Part shown: positions 44,825 to 55,300 of the stretch, in pieces
Numbering within the stretch: position 1 is the first letter of the stretch
How the letters are laid out: every line of letters begins with the position of its first letter
DNA from: an uncultured Bacteroidaceae bacterium
Lineage (GTDB): Bacteria > Bacteroidota > Bacteroidia > Bacteroidales > GCA-2748055
DNA: 64,000 bases
Assembly: GCA_964528675.1 (NCBI GenBank)
Contig: CAZGTU010000012.1
Span: 6,477-70,476 of the forward strand
Reading direction: 5' to 3'
Made by a program: the position numbers and the translations under genes
Notes under the pieces: model-generated
Database searches by the model: none
What the model saw: only the letters and a program-made list of their open reading frames with translations
What the model was told of the DNA's origin: nothing

Positions 44825-46270
44825 ATGAGACTACGCTATTTCATAATTATTGTTTCTGTTATTCTGAGTTTTCTTTCCTGTGAAAGAGAGAGCTTTATAA
44901 AGGATAATGATGCTTCGCTGAAGTTTTCATTGGACACTTTATATTTTGATACGGTTTTCACTCAGCTAAACACCGTAACGAAGAGTTTCACCATTCACAA
45001 CCCTCATAAGGAATTTTTAAAAGTTTCCCGTATAAAGCTGGCCAAAGGCGAAAATTCGGTATATCGTATTAATCTGGACGGGGTTCCGGGAACCGATTTT
45101 CGAAATATTGAGATACCGCCGGAAGATTCCATTTATGTTTTTGTGGATGCAACACTTGATCCGAATAACAGCGATAATGTTTTGTTACAGCAGGATTCGG
45201 TTGTTACTGAAACCAATGGAAATGTGCAGGATGTGGATCTTGTAGCCTGGGGACAGGATGTGCACATGATCAGGGGAGAGGTGCTTTCTACACAGACCTG
45301 GGTGAATGATAAGCCTTATTTGATTATTGATTATGCCTATGTAGATTCACTGGAAGTTTTAACGATGGAAGCTGGAGTGAGGGTTTTTCTGCATCGTGAT
45401 GCTATTTTTGCAGTAGGGGGAACTCTTATTGCCAATGGGGAAAAAGATTTGCCGGTAAGTTTTGGAGGTGACAGGCTTGAGGAAGATTATAAAGATATTC
45501 CCGGACAATGGGGTGGAATTTATTTCACTGCAGGGAGTCGCAATAATCATTTGAATTATACAGAGATAAGAGGAGGCAATTTTGGAATGATCGTAGATAC
45601 GTTCATGAATGAAAATCCCACGCTTGAAATTAGAAATTCAACTATTGCCCATATGAGTTCTGTAGGCTTGCTGGCAAGAGGATCCAGAATATTGGGAGTT
45701 AACAATCTTATTTACAATTGTGGCTCAAGTGCATTGGCACTTACCATAGGAGGAAGTTATGAGTTTTATCATTGCACAATAGCCAACAGTTGGGGATATG
45801 CTCCTTCGCGCACTGATCCCTCTGTTTATATGTCAAACTATTATTTTTATAATGATACCCTTCCTTCAGGTGGTGTTGAGCAGCGAGCAGAAGTCCGTGA
45901 TATAGAAAAAGCTTATTTTGGTAATTGCATTATATGGGGAGATCAGAATAATGAGCTGGACATTGATAAGTATTCTGAAGGTGGAGAATTGAATTACTTT
46001 TTTGATCATTGCCTGGGAAAGTTTAACCCCGAGGATTTTGAGCTTGATGAAGAAAAAATTCCAGGGTTGATAAATAATGAGGCTCCGATGTTTATTTCCC
46101 GGAGTGACTATGATTTTCAACTCGACACACTGTCTCCTGCCATAGATGCCGGAAAGGTGTCAGTGGGCAATTTATACCCTGTCGATAAAAATGGAAATAG
46201 CCGTGTTGACGATGAGAAACCGGATATCGGAGCTTTTGAGTATTTTTTTCAGGAAACTGAAGAAAAATAA
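44825..46270 (+). CDS. hypothetical lipoprotein, probable right-handed beta-helix protein
   Basis: Lipoprotein signal MRLRYFIIIVSVILSFLSC. Repetitive G/N-rich turns and a C-terminal PDIGAFEY motif common in parallel beta-helix proteins. Confidence 0.5.
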   Translation: MRLRYFIIIVSVILSFLSCERESFIKDNDASLKFSLDTLYFDTVFTQLNTVTKSFTIHNPHKEFLKVSRIKLAKGENSVYRINLDGVPGTDFRNIEIPPEDSIYVFVDATLDPNNSDNVLLQQDSVVTETNGNVQDVDLVAWGQDVHMIRGEVLSTQTWVNDKPYLIIDYAYVDSLEVLTMEAGVRVFLHRDAIFAVGGTLIANGEKDLPVSFGGDRLEEDYKDIPGQWGGIYFTAGSRNNHLNYTEIRGGNFGMIVDTFMNENPTLEIRNSTIAHMSSVGLLARGSRILGVNNLIYNCGSSALALTIGGSYEFYHCTIANSWGYAPSRTDPSVYMSNYYFYNDTLPSGGVEQRAEVRDIEKAYFGNCIIWGDQNNELDIDKYSEGGELNYFFDHCLGKFNPEDFELDEEKIPGLINNEAPMFISRSDYDFQLDTLSPAIDAGKVSVGNLYPVDKNGNSRVDDEKPDIGAFEYFFQETEEK

Positions 46271-46661
46271 TCAGTGAGTTTTCCTCTCTGTTTTCATCTT
46301 CATGAGTAAGCGTTTTCTTTGATGATGTCATACATCTAACTTTTTTGCGCAGCCTCAGTTTTTCAAGTTCTTCAGTTATTTTTTTATCGCAATCTATTTG
46401 CCGGGGACTAAAAAGTCTTCTTGAGTTTTAGGTGAGTTTCATATTAAAAGTATGGAGGATTGCTTTTAACAGGTAATTTTTTGAATGAATTTGACATCAT
46501 TGACTCTAAGGGGAATATTCGTATTAAATCAGGGGAAATGGCAATCATATTAATGTCTTGTTTGTCAGTTAGAAAATAAACTTCATAAAAAATTTCATCA
46601 TTTTTTTTAAAATCAAACGCTGATATTTTGGGCATTTTTACATTAAGGGTAAAAAGCAGGA

Positions 46662-47642
46662 ATGAAAATATGTATTTTACTGGTTATATTATTTTGGGGT
46701 TATGTTTGCAGGTTGACAGGGGAGGAGGACAGCCTGGTGATTTTCTTCTGGAATGTGGAGAATTTGTTTTATCCCGGTGATGACTCCTTGAGAATGGATG
46801 ATGAGTTTACACCTGAGGGTGAACGTTTCTGGAGCTGGCATCGTTATTATTCGAAAAATGCGAGGATCTGGAAGACCATTATTGCAGCGGGAGATTCCAG
46901 ACCTCCTCCTGTCATCTGCCTGGCAGAAATTGAAAACAGACAGGTTCTCAATGATCTTTTTATTTTTTCACCTCCCGGTCAGTTCGGATACGAAGTCATT
47001 CATGAGGAATCGAATGACCACAGGGGAATTGATGTTGCCATTTTGTTTGATCCTGAAAGGATTACTTTGAAGAATTACAGGAATATTAAAGTTGATCTTG
47101 AAAGTTTAGGAGGAAGTGGAACCCGGGATATACTTCATGCAAGTTTTCAATATAAGACAGATAGTTTCAGGATTTTCCTCAATCATTGGCCCAGTAAATA
47201 TGGCGGTGCCGGCATAACTGAAAAATTCAGGATGAGGGCTGCCAGAAGTTTAGTAAAGGAATTACGTGTTTTTTATGAAGAAGAGCCCGGAGTAAAGGCA
47301 ATTTGCCTGGGTGATTTTAATGATACGGAATCCAGTAATTCAATCCGGTTTTTAATGGAGAAAGGGGATTTAGGTTTAATATCTCCGCTGAATGATTATC
47401 CGAACGGAAGCCTTAAATATCAGGGTAAATGGCAGCATATCGACCATGTCCTGGTCAGTCCGGGTTTAATAAAACCCAAAAATGGTTTAAAAGCAGGAAA
47501 CGTGAATATTTATTGTCCCGCTTTTTTACTGGAGAATGATTCCAAATATGGCGGTAAAAAACCTTTCAGGACCTGGTATGGATTTTCATACCGGGAGGGT
47601 TTCAGTGATCATCTGCCCGTCATGGTGACTCTTTCTTTTTAA
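46662..47642 (+). CDS. endonuclease/exonuclease/phosphatase (EEP) family protein
   Basis: Signal-like N-terminus and EEP motifs (FWNVENLF, CLAEIEN, GDFND, SDHLPV). Confidence 0.8.
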   Translation: MKICILLVILFWGYVCRLTGEEDSLVIFFWNVENLFYPGDDSLRMDDEFTPEGERFWSWHRYYSKNARIWKTIIAAGDSRPPPVICLAEIENRQVLNDLFIFSPPGQFGYEVIHEESNDHRGIDVAILFDPERITLKNYRNIKVDLESLGGSGTRDILHASFQYKTDSFRIFLNHWPSKYGGAGITEKFRMRAARSLVKELRVFYEEEPGVKAICLGDFNDTESSNSIRFLMEKGDLGLISPLNDYPNGSLKYQGKWQHIDHVLVSPGLIKPKNGLKAGNVNIYCPAFLLENDSKYGGKKPFRTWYGFSYREGFSDHLPVMVTLSF

Positions 47643-49032
47643 GGCCAAGTTCATTAGCCTTCTTCATCATAAAGTTCCGGGCATCTTCATATTTATTAGG
47701 AATCTCACCTTCGAGGATAGCTTCCTTTATGGAATTTTTAATTTCTCCTACCAGTGGGCCCGGGCTAATATCGAAAGTATTGAGAATTTCTTCTCCTCGT
47801 ATCGGGGGTTGGAAGTTTCGTATGGAATCTTTCTCTTCAATTTCTTTCAGCTTTTGTCTTACCAGCTTAAAATTCCTGAGGTAGCGTTTAACCTTCTTTT
47901 CATTTTTAGAAGTAATATCAGCCTCACATAATTTCATCAGATCTTCAACATCATCACCCGCTTCATATAATAATCTTCGGATTGCAGAATCTGATACACT
48001 TTCTTCAACCAGTGCGATTGGTCTTAAATGCAGGCGAACCATTTTTTGAACAAATTTCATCTTTTCATTCAGAGGCAGTTTTAATCTGCGGAATATACCG
48101 GGTATCATTTTCATGCCCAGGTATTCATGTCCATGGAAGGTCCAGCCTGTTCCGGGTTCGAATTTTTTTGTGGCGGGTTTTGCTATATCGTGAAGAAGAG
48201 CTGCCCAGCGAAGCCACAGATTATCGCTTTTTTCAGCCAGGTTGTCGAGTACTTCCAGTGTATGATTAAAATTGTCTTTATGTTTTTTTCCTTCTTTACT
48301 TTCAACCCCTTTTAACTGGTCCAACTCCGGAAATATGATTTCAAGTAAATTGCTTTTTTCCAGCAGGTAAAAACCCATGGAGGGCTTATCGCTCAGTAAG
48401 ATCTTGTTTAATTCTTCAGTGATTCTTTCTTTTGAGATGATCCTTATCCTCTCTTTGTTTTTATGTATGGCTTCAAAACTTTTTTTATTTATTCTGAAAT
48501 CAAGCTGGGTGGCAAAGCGTATTGCCCTCATCATTCTTAAGGGATCGTCCGAGAATGTCTGATCGGGATCAAGAGGTGTTCTAATGACCCCACTTTTGAG
48601 GTCTTTCTCCCCATTAAAAGGATCAATAAGTTCTCCAAAATTTTCAGGGCTAAGAGAGAAAGCCATTGCATTTATGGTGAAATCTCTTCTTTTCTGATCA
48701 TCTTCAAGCGTGCCGTTTTCTACAATAGGTTTTCGGGAATCTCTCCTGTAAGATTCTTTTCTGGCACCAACAAATTCAAGTTCCATATTATGATGTCTGA
48801 ACATCGCAGTGCCAAAATTCTTGAAATAATTCACTTTTTTCTTACCCAGTTTTTTTGCAAGTTCTTTTGCAAATTCAATCCCGCTGCCGTTTACAACGAT
48901 GTCAATATCCTTACATTCTTTACCGAGAAGGCAATCTCTTACAAAGCCACCTATAACATAAGCATCCTGTTTCCTTTCCTGGCTCAGGAGGGAAATATGC
49001 CTGAAAATATTATCATTAAGACATTTGTTCAT
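47620..49032 (-). CDS. CCA tRNA nucleotidyltransferase / poly(A) polymerase family protein with HD domain
   Basis: GGFVRDCLLG..CKDIDIVV nucleotidyltransferase motif, RRDFTINAMA, and an HD region (LLHDIAKP). ATG 49032 is preferred. Confidence 0.85.
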   Translation of the reverse strand: MNKCLNDNIFRHISLLSQERKQDAYVIGGFVRDCLLGKECKDIDIVVNGSGIEFAKELAKKLGKKKVNYFKNFGTAMFRHHNMELEFVGARKESYRRDSRKPIVENGTLEDDQKRRDFTINAMAFSLSPENFGELIDPFNGEKDLKSGVIRTPLDPDQTFSDDPLRMMRAIRFATQLDFRINKKSFEAIHKNKERIRIISKERITEELNKILLSDKPSMGFYLLEKSNLLEIIFPELDQLKGVESKEGKKHKDNFNHTLEVLDNLAEKSDNLWLRWAALLHDIAKPATKKFEPGTGWTFHGHEYLGMKMIPGIFRRLKLPLNEKMKFVQKMVRLHLRPIALVEESVSDSAIRRLLYEAGDDVEDLMKLCEADITSKNEKKVKRYLRNFKLVRQKLKEIEEKDSIRNFQPPIRGEEILNTFDISPGPLVGEIKNSIKEAILEGEIPNKYEDARNFMMKKANELGLKKKESP

Positions 49033-49199
49033 ATGTACATATGACAATTTGATCAAATTTCATGACAAAATTACAATTATTTAACAAGCATTGGAATTTT
49101 ATGGGATTTTAATCTAATGGTATGGATTTTGGACAAAGTTTTAGTACATTTACATGTATAAATATTTTGATAATTTATAACCACAAATAATTTTTAGTA

Positions 49200-49556
49200 A
49201 TGATTGAACATTTAACAGCCGATAGTTTTAAGGAAAAAGTTTTTAATTACGGTGAAAATAAAGAATGGAAATTTGAAGGAGACAAGCCTTGCATGATTGA
49301 TTTTTATGCCGATTGGTGTCAGCCATGCAAAATGGTAACTCCTATTCTTGAAGAACTTCAGGAAGAATACCAGGGAAAACTCAATATCTACAAGGTAGAT
49401 ACTGAATCAGAAAGAGAATTAGCGGCCATTTTTGGCATTCAAAGCATACCCTCTCTTTTATTTGTCCCCAGGGACGGACAACCGCAAATGGCGATGGGAG
49501 CGCTTCCCAAGGAAACTTTCCAGAAAGCCATTAAAGATGTTTTAAACGTTGAGTAA
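49200..49556 (+). CDS. thioredoxin family protein
   Basis: 118 aa with the WCQPCK active site and IQSIPSLLF. Confidence 0.9.
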   Translation: MIEHLTADSFKEKVFNYGENKEWKFEGDKPCMIDFYADWCQPCKMVTPILEELQEEYQGKLNIYKVDTESERELAAIFGIQSIPSLLFVPRDGQPQMAMGALPKETFQKAIKDVLNVE

Positions 49557-49600
49557 TTGTATTTAATGACATGATTGCTCTGTGGAATACAGGTAAAAAA

Positions 49601-49631
49601 GCCGCATTATAAAAGTGCGGCTTTTTTTTTT
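49601..49631 (+). terminator. intrinsic terminator after the thioredoxin gene
   Basis: GCCGCA-loop-TGCGGC followed by 10 T, with an A-run upstream (potentially bidirectional). Confidence 0.7.
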
Positions 49632-49644
49632 GAGACCTTTTTCC

Positions 49645-49652
49645 TACTTTTG
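49645..49652 (+). promoter_or_regulatory. candidate Bacteroidota -7 promoter box for the riboswitch-TBDR transcript
   Basis: TACTTTTG matches TAnnTTTG and lies about 15-20 nt upstream of the first riboswitch helix. Confidence 0.4.
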
Positions 49653-49667
49653 TATCGTAATTAATGT

Positions 49668-49762
49668 TCAACCTCTCTAAGGGGGTGCCCCAAAAAAACG
49701 GGCTGAGATCATACCCTTAGAACCTGATCCGGGTAATTCCGGCGAAGGGAAATTTGGAGAAA
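49668..49762 (+). promoter_or_regulatory. TPP (THI-box) riboswitch
   Basis: CTAAGGGGGTGCCC...GGGCTGAGA..ATACCCTTAGAACCTGATCCGGGTAATTCCGGCGAAGGGAA contains the conserved GGGGUGC, CUGAGA, ACCUGAUC.GG.UAAU.CC.GCG.AGGGA elements in the correct order. Confidence 0.85.
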
Positions 49763-49796
49763 TCAATTGAAACACTCTTTTTTAAATCTTATTAGT

Positions 49797-52223
49797 ATGT
49801 ACAAGACATTCATTATGTCTGTGATATCATTATTTATGGTATTGCAGATAAACGGACAGTATGAATTCAGTGGAAAAGTTACCGATGAAAAAGGAAATGC
49901 CCTGATAGGAGCGAATATCTCATTTAAGGAAAATTATCTGGGGACTATTACCGATGAATCCGGAAATTTTATTTTTAAAAGTATTAAGGAGGGTAATTAT
50001 GAAATAAAAGTTTCATATATAGGATATGAAACCAGCACCAGATCAATTAAAATTGAGGAAGATCTTTATATGACCTTTACCCTGGAAAGATCTCCTTATC
50101 TTGTTGAGGAAGTTATTGTTAGAGGTGTCAGGGCAGGTCAGGACGATCCGGTTACAACAACTACAATTGATCGTGAGGAAATAGAAGAGAGAAATATCAT
50201 TAAAGATATTCCTTATGTATTAAAGTACAGTCCTTCTCTTGTGGCAAGTTCTGATGCCGGTCATGGTGTGGGATACACCGGTTTTCGTATCCGGGGGACT
50301 GATGCTAACAGGATCAATATTACCGTAGACGGAGTACCTCTCAACGATGCAGAATCCCATGGAGTGTGGTGGGTGAATATGCCTGATTTTGCATCTTCGG
50401 TGGAGAATGTTCAAATCCAACGCGGAGTTGGAACTTCAACAAATGGTTCGGCAGCTTTTGGTGCCAGCTTAAATTTTAAGACAACCAATCTAAAGAATAA
50501 ACCTTTTGCCTGGCTAAACAGTTCTTACGGAAGTTTTAACACCCGTAAGAATTCATTAAATGTGGGTTCGGGAATGATCAATGACAGATTCTCTTTTGAT
50601 CTAAGGTTATCTGAGGTTCATAGTGACGGATATATTGACAGGGCAGAAGCCGATCTTCAATCACTGTTTTTATCTGCAGGTCATTATTCTGATAAGACCA
50701 TCATTAAATTTAACCTTATGATGGGAAAGGAAAAGACCTACCAGGCATGGGACGGGGTTCCGGGTTACATATTGAGTGAAAACAGGAGATATAATGGAAT
50801 CGGCATGTATACCGATGAGAATGGAGAGATACATTATTATGACAACGAAACAGATAATTACCAACAGAATCATTACCACCTTCATTTTTCTCATGAACTT
50901 ACACCTGATCTCTGGTTTAACTCTACGATTCATTACACAAAGGGTGCAGGATATTACGAGCAATATAAGGAAGAGGAATCACTGGATGAGTATTTGTTGC
51001 CGGATATTATAATCGGAGACAGTATAATTTCCAATACAGATCTGATAAGACAAAAATGGCTGGACAATGATTATTACGGGATTGTGTTTTCTCTGAACAT
51101 GAATAAAGAAAAATTGGATCTTAATTTTGGAGGAGGAGCTAATCAATACATTGGCGATCATTTTGGAGAGGTTATTTGGGCACGTTACGCAGGGATTTCT
51201 GAAATAGGGCACAAATGGTATGAGAATACCGGAGATAAATTTGACTATAATTTATATACCAAGCTCAATTACCGGATATTTGATCAATTTCGGCTTTATT
51301 CTGATTTCCAGCTTAGAGGAATAAATTATCGTATTGAAGGCATAGATGATGATCAACGGAATATCACGCAGAATCATGATTTTCTGTTTTTCAATCCTAA
51401 AGTCGGACTCAATTATCGTCCGGATAATAAACAAAGAATGTATTTTTCTTTCGCGGTAGCCAACAGAGAGCCAAACCGTACTAATTTTGTTGATGCAGAC
51501 CCCAACAGACCGGGTCCCGTTCACGAAACTTTATATAATTACGAACTGGGATACGACCTTCAATTGCAGAATCTCAGGTCAAATATTAATGTTTACTATA
51601 TGAGGTATGATGATCAGTTGGTTTTAACAGGTGAAATTAATGATGTTGGTTCAGCTATTATGACAAATGTTGAGGACAGTTATCGTCTTGGTGTTGAGTT
51701 ATCCGGGGGAATCAGGTTGAATAGGGCTTTACAATGGGAAGGGAACCTTACTTTAAGCCGGAACAGGATTAAAGATATGGTAAGTTATGTGGATAACTGG
51801 GACTACTGGTATGATGAAACAGGCAATGAAGAGATTCAGATCCGTGAAGAACATGGAAATACCGATATTGCTTTTTCTCCGGATATTATAGCTTCTAGTA
51901 TATTTAGATTCAATCTCCTGAAGGATATGGAAATAAGCCTACAGTCTAAATATGTCGGCAAGCAATATATCGATAATACAGAATCGGAGAATAGAAAACT
52001 GGATCCATATTTTGTGAATGACCTTCTGATAGATTACAATATTCCTGTAAAATGGTCTGAAGAGCTCAGTGTAAATTTGCTTATTGCCAACTTCACGGAT
52101 CATGAATATGAATCCAATGCCTGGATTTACCGCTATTATGAAGGAGGCAAAGAACAGGTAATGGATGGATTTTATCCGCAGGCAGGGATACATTTTATGG
52201 CCGGTATAAAACTTGGATTCTGA
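49797..52223 (+). CDS. TonB-dependent receptor with carboxypeptidase-regulatory-like N-terminal domain (thiamine-related by riboswitch context)
   Basis: CarbopepD_reg-like start (FSGKVTDEKGNALIGANI), a plug domain (PGV..RG...R..I.VDGVPLND), and a beta-barrel ending in an aromatic residue (...GIKLGF). Confidence 0.9.
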   Translation: MYKTFIMSVISLFMVLQINGQYEFSGKVTDEKGNALIGANISFKENYLGTITDESGNFIFKSIKEGNYEIKVSYIGYETSTRSIKIEEDLYMTFTLERSPYLVEEVIVRGVRAGQDDPVTTTTIDREEIEERNIIKDIPYVLKYSPSLVASSDAGHGVGYTGFRIRGTDANRINITVDGVPLNDAESHGVWWVNMPDFASSVENVQIQRGVGTSTNGSAAFGASLNFKTTNLKNKPFAWLNSSYGSFNTRKNSLNVGSGMINDRFSFDLRLSEVHSDGYIDRAEADLQSLFLSAGHYSDKTIIKFNLMMGKEKTYQAWDGVPGYILSENRRYNGIGMYTDENGEIHYYDNETDNYQQNHYHLHFSHELTPDLWFNSTIHYTKGAGYYEQYKEEESLDEYLLPDIIIGDSIISNTDLIRQKWLDNDYYGIVFSLNMNKEKLDLNFGGGANQYIGDHFGEVIWARYAGISEIGHKWYENTGDKFDYNLYTKLNYRIFDQFRLYSDFQLRGINYRIEGIDDDQRNITQNHDFLFFNPKVGLNYRPDNKQRMYFSFAVANREPNRTNFVDADPNRPGPVHETLYNYELGYDLQLQNLRSNINVYYMRYDDQLVLTGEINDVGSAIMTNVEDSYRLGVELSGGIRLNRALQWEGNLTLSRNRIKDMVSYVDNWDYWYDETGNEEIQIREEHGNTDIAFSPDIIASSIFRFNLLKDMEISLQSKYVGKQYIDNTESENRKLDPYFVNDLLIDYNIPVKWSEELSVNLLIANFTDHEYESNAWIYRYYEGGKEQVMDGFYPQAGIHFMAGIKLGF

Positions 52224-52321
52224 TAAGCTAAACTTTTCTTATTGAAATGCGTAAAAAAGCTTAGTTTAGAATGCCTGAAACTCTTGTTGAGATTCATTCT
52301 GAATTAGAATATTAGATGATT

Positions 52322-52357
52322 AACCCGTTTTCAAAGTAAACGGGTTTTACTATTTTT
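52322..52357 (+). terminator. hairpin downstream of the TBDR gene
   Basis: AACCCGTTT-TCAAAGT-AAACGGGTT followed by a T-rich tract. It is nested inside a longer inverted repeat (52270-52280 / 52355-52365). Confidence 0.5.
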
Positions 52358-52394
52358 CAGGCATTAAGCTGAAATTACTCTCAATTTGTAAGAA

Positions 52395-55300
52395 ATGAGC
52401 ATCAATAGCCTAAAGGTATTGATCTTTGAAGATGATCCACTGGACATCCAACTCAATATCGCTGAACTTCAGAAAGAACATCCGGAAGCCCTGGTAAAGT
52501 CTACCGCAAGGGAAAAAGAGTTCAAGTCTTTAATTGACAGTTTTCAACCTGATGTAATATTGTCAGATTTTAATCTTCCGGGATTTGATGGACTTGATGC
52601 TCTGAATTATGTCCGTGATAATTACCCTCTCATTCCCATAATTATAGTTACAGGTTCTCTTGATGAGGAAACAGCAGCGAACTGCATAAAAAGAGGAGCC
52701 TGGGATTATGTATTGAAAGAACATATATTCAGGTTAAATCCTGCCATTTCACTTGCAGTTGAGCACAGGGATGAAAAGGTCAAGTTGAGGAAAGTAGAGG
52801 AAAAGATCCTCGAAAGTGAAGCAATATCCAGAAGACTCATCAATAATATTGAGACCGCGATACTTCTGGTTGATCTTGATATGAAGGTGATATTCAGTAA
52901 TCAAAAGGCTGAACAATTATTATCGAGAGATAAAGAGAGTCTGGCAGGAAATAGGTTTTATGAAGCTCTTGATCTTACTAAAAGCTTCACCGGAGATAAA
53001 GTTATTTCAGACAAGGATATTATTGGGAATTTAGATGACTTTAAGAGTACTGTTCATGATGTTGAATTGATATATCATCCCGATGATTCCTCCGGTCGAA
53101 GATGGATCAATTTATCTGCCACACCATTATTGAGCAAACAGAATGAATTGGAAGAGATCCTTCTTTGTTTTAATGATATTTCTGATAAGAAAATTATTGA
53201 ATCGGAATTACTGGATTCGAAATCTCGTTATGAAGTCATATTCAATGCTGTTAATGATGGGATTTTTCTTTATGATCCTGAAGATTTTTCATTGATTGAT
53301 GTCAATGAAACTGTTGTAGAAATGTATGGTTATTCAAGAGAAGAAATCCTCTCTATGAGTATTGGAGATCTGAGCGATAACAGGAATGGCTACACAACAG
53401 AGAGTGCAAAAAAATATGCAGAAAAGGCCCTGGCTGGTGAAATACAAACTACCGAGTGGCTGGCGATAGATAAAAATAAACAACGTTTCTGGGTTTATGT
53501 TATTCTGAAAGTTTTGGACATTGGCAGCAGGAAGGTCCTGATGGGGATTGTAAGAAATATTGACGAGCAAAAGCGAACCCGGAATTCTCTTCAGAAAAGC
53601 CAGGAACATTTCAGGGCACTCACTGAAAATTCACCGGATGTCATCATGCGTTTTGATAAACATCAGAGGCATCTTTTTGTCAATGACACTGTTTTTGATC
53701 TTGTGGGTATCACACCGGAAAAATTTTTAAATAAAACCCACTATGAAATGGGTGTTTTTCCCGAGCATTTATGCAGATTCTGGGAAGAAAACGTAAAAAA
53801 AGTCTTTGAAACTGGAGTGACGCATACTACTGAGTTTTCCATTCCGGTAAAGGGAAGTAAGGTAGATATTGAGTGGAGATTGTTTCCGGAGTTTGATGAG
53901 AAAAATAATGTCGAAAGTGTAGTAGCTGTAGCCAGGGATATATCAGAAAGCAAAAGGCATGAAACAATCCAGAATGTCCTGATTGAAATAGCGAACGCGG
54001 TTAACAATACAAGAAATCTCGATGAACTTTTCGTTCAGATTCAAAAATCTCTCGGAGCGGTAATAGATACCCGCAATTGCTATATAGCAATGTATGATGA
54101 GAAAACAGATACCATAACATTACCTTTCCATCAGGATGAAAAGGACAGTTTTAAAGAGTTTCCGGCAGGAAAAACAGTGACAGGTTATGTTATTAAAACA
54201 GGTAAATCGCAGTTGGTTGATTTGGACAGAGTGGTAGAACTTGAGAGCAAAGGGGAAATAGAGCCAATTGGAGCTCCTTCTGTTTCATGGCTTGGAGTGC
54301 CTCTGAGGATTGTAGATAAAATCATTGGGGTATTTGTTGTTCAAAGTTATACCGAAGATATTCTCTATACCACTGAAGATGTACAGCTATTGGAATTTGT
54401 TTCCGATCAGATTGCCCTTGCCATTGAGAGAAAAATTGATCAGGATAAGCTGAAAAACAATCAGTTGAGACAAAGAAGAATCATTGAATCCTCCCCGGAT
54501 GGTCTTGTGGTTATTGATATGGTTGGAAAAGTGTTGGATTGTAATTCCACTTTCCAGGAATTGTTAAAATTGGAAACAAAAGATATCAGCGATAAAAACT
54601 TCTTTGATTATGTGGCCGATGAGGATGTAATTAAGGTCCAGAACATATTAAACGAAACTTTAAAAACTTCATATTCAAAGAATTATGAGTTTGTGATGCG
54701 GCGTAATGATGGAAGCCGGTTTTATACGGAGACCAGCTTTGGGCTTATACATGGGAATGAGGATGAGGAAGGGAGTTTCGTAATAGTCATTAAGAATATA
54801 GATGAACGTAAGTTATATGAGGATAATCTGAAAATCGCCAAGGAAAAAGCAGAAGAATCTGATCGTCTGAAAACGGCGTTTTTATCGAATATGTCGCATG
54901 AGATCAGGACCCCAATGAATGCGATTATCGGGTTTGCTGAATTGTTATCGAGGCTTAAAACTACAGATGAGGAAAAAGAAGAATATGTCAGACAGATCAA
55001 TTTTGCTGCAGACACCCTGATGAAACTTATTGATGATATCATTGATATTTCCAAAATTGAGGCTGGTCAATTAAAGATGAATCCTTCTCTTTTCCACCTG
55101 TCTCCCTTGCTTGATGAATTATACTCTATGTTTAAAAAGTCACTTGAGAGACAGAATAAATCCCATATTAACTTTGTTGTTAAAAATTGCCAGGATATTA
55201 GCAATGTTCAGCTTCATACTGATGATTTTCGATTGCGACAGGTTTTTTCCAATTTACTGAGCAATGCGATAAAATTTACCAATGAAGGGAACATTTTTTT

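Noticed and set aside
46092-46635. Two minus-strand ORFs (79 aa and 63 aa) in and near the 390-bp spacer before the EEP gene
   Set aside because: The first is antisense to the 3' end of the beta-helix lipoprotein gene. The second has no recognisable features or supporting signals. Either could be a real small protein, but the sequence offers nothing in support.
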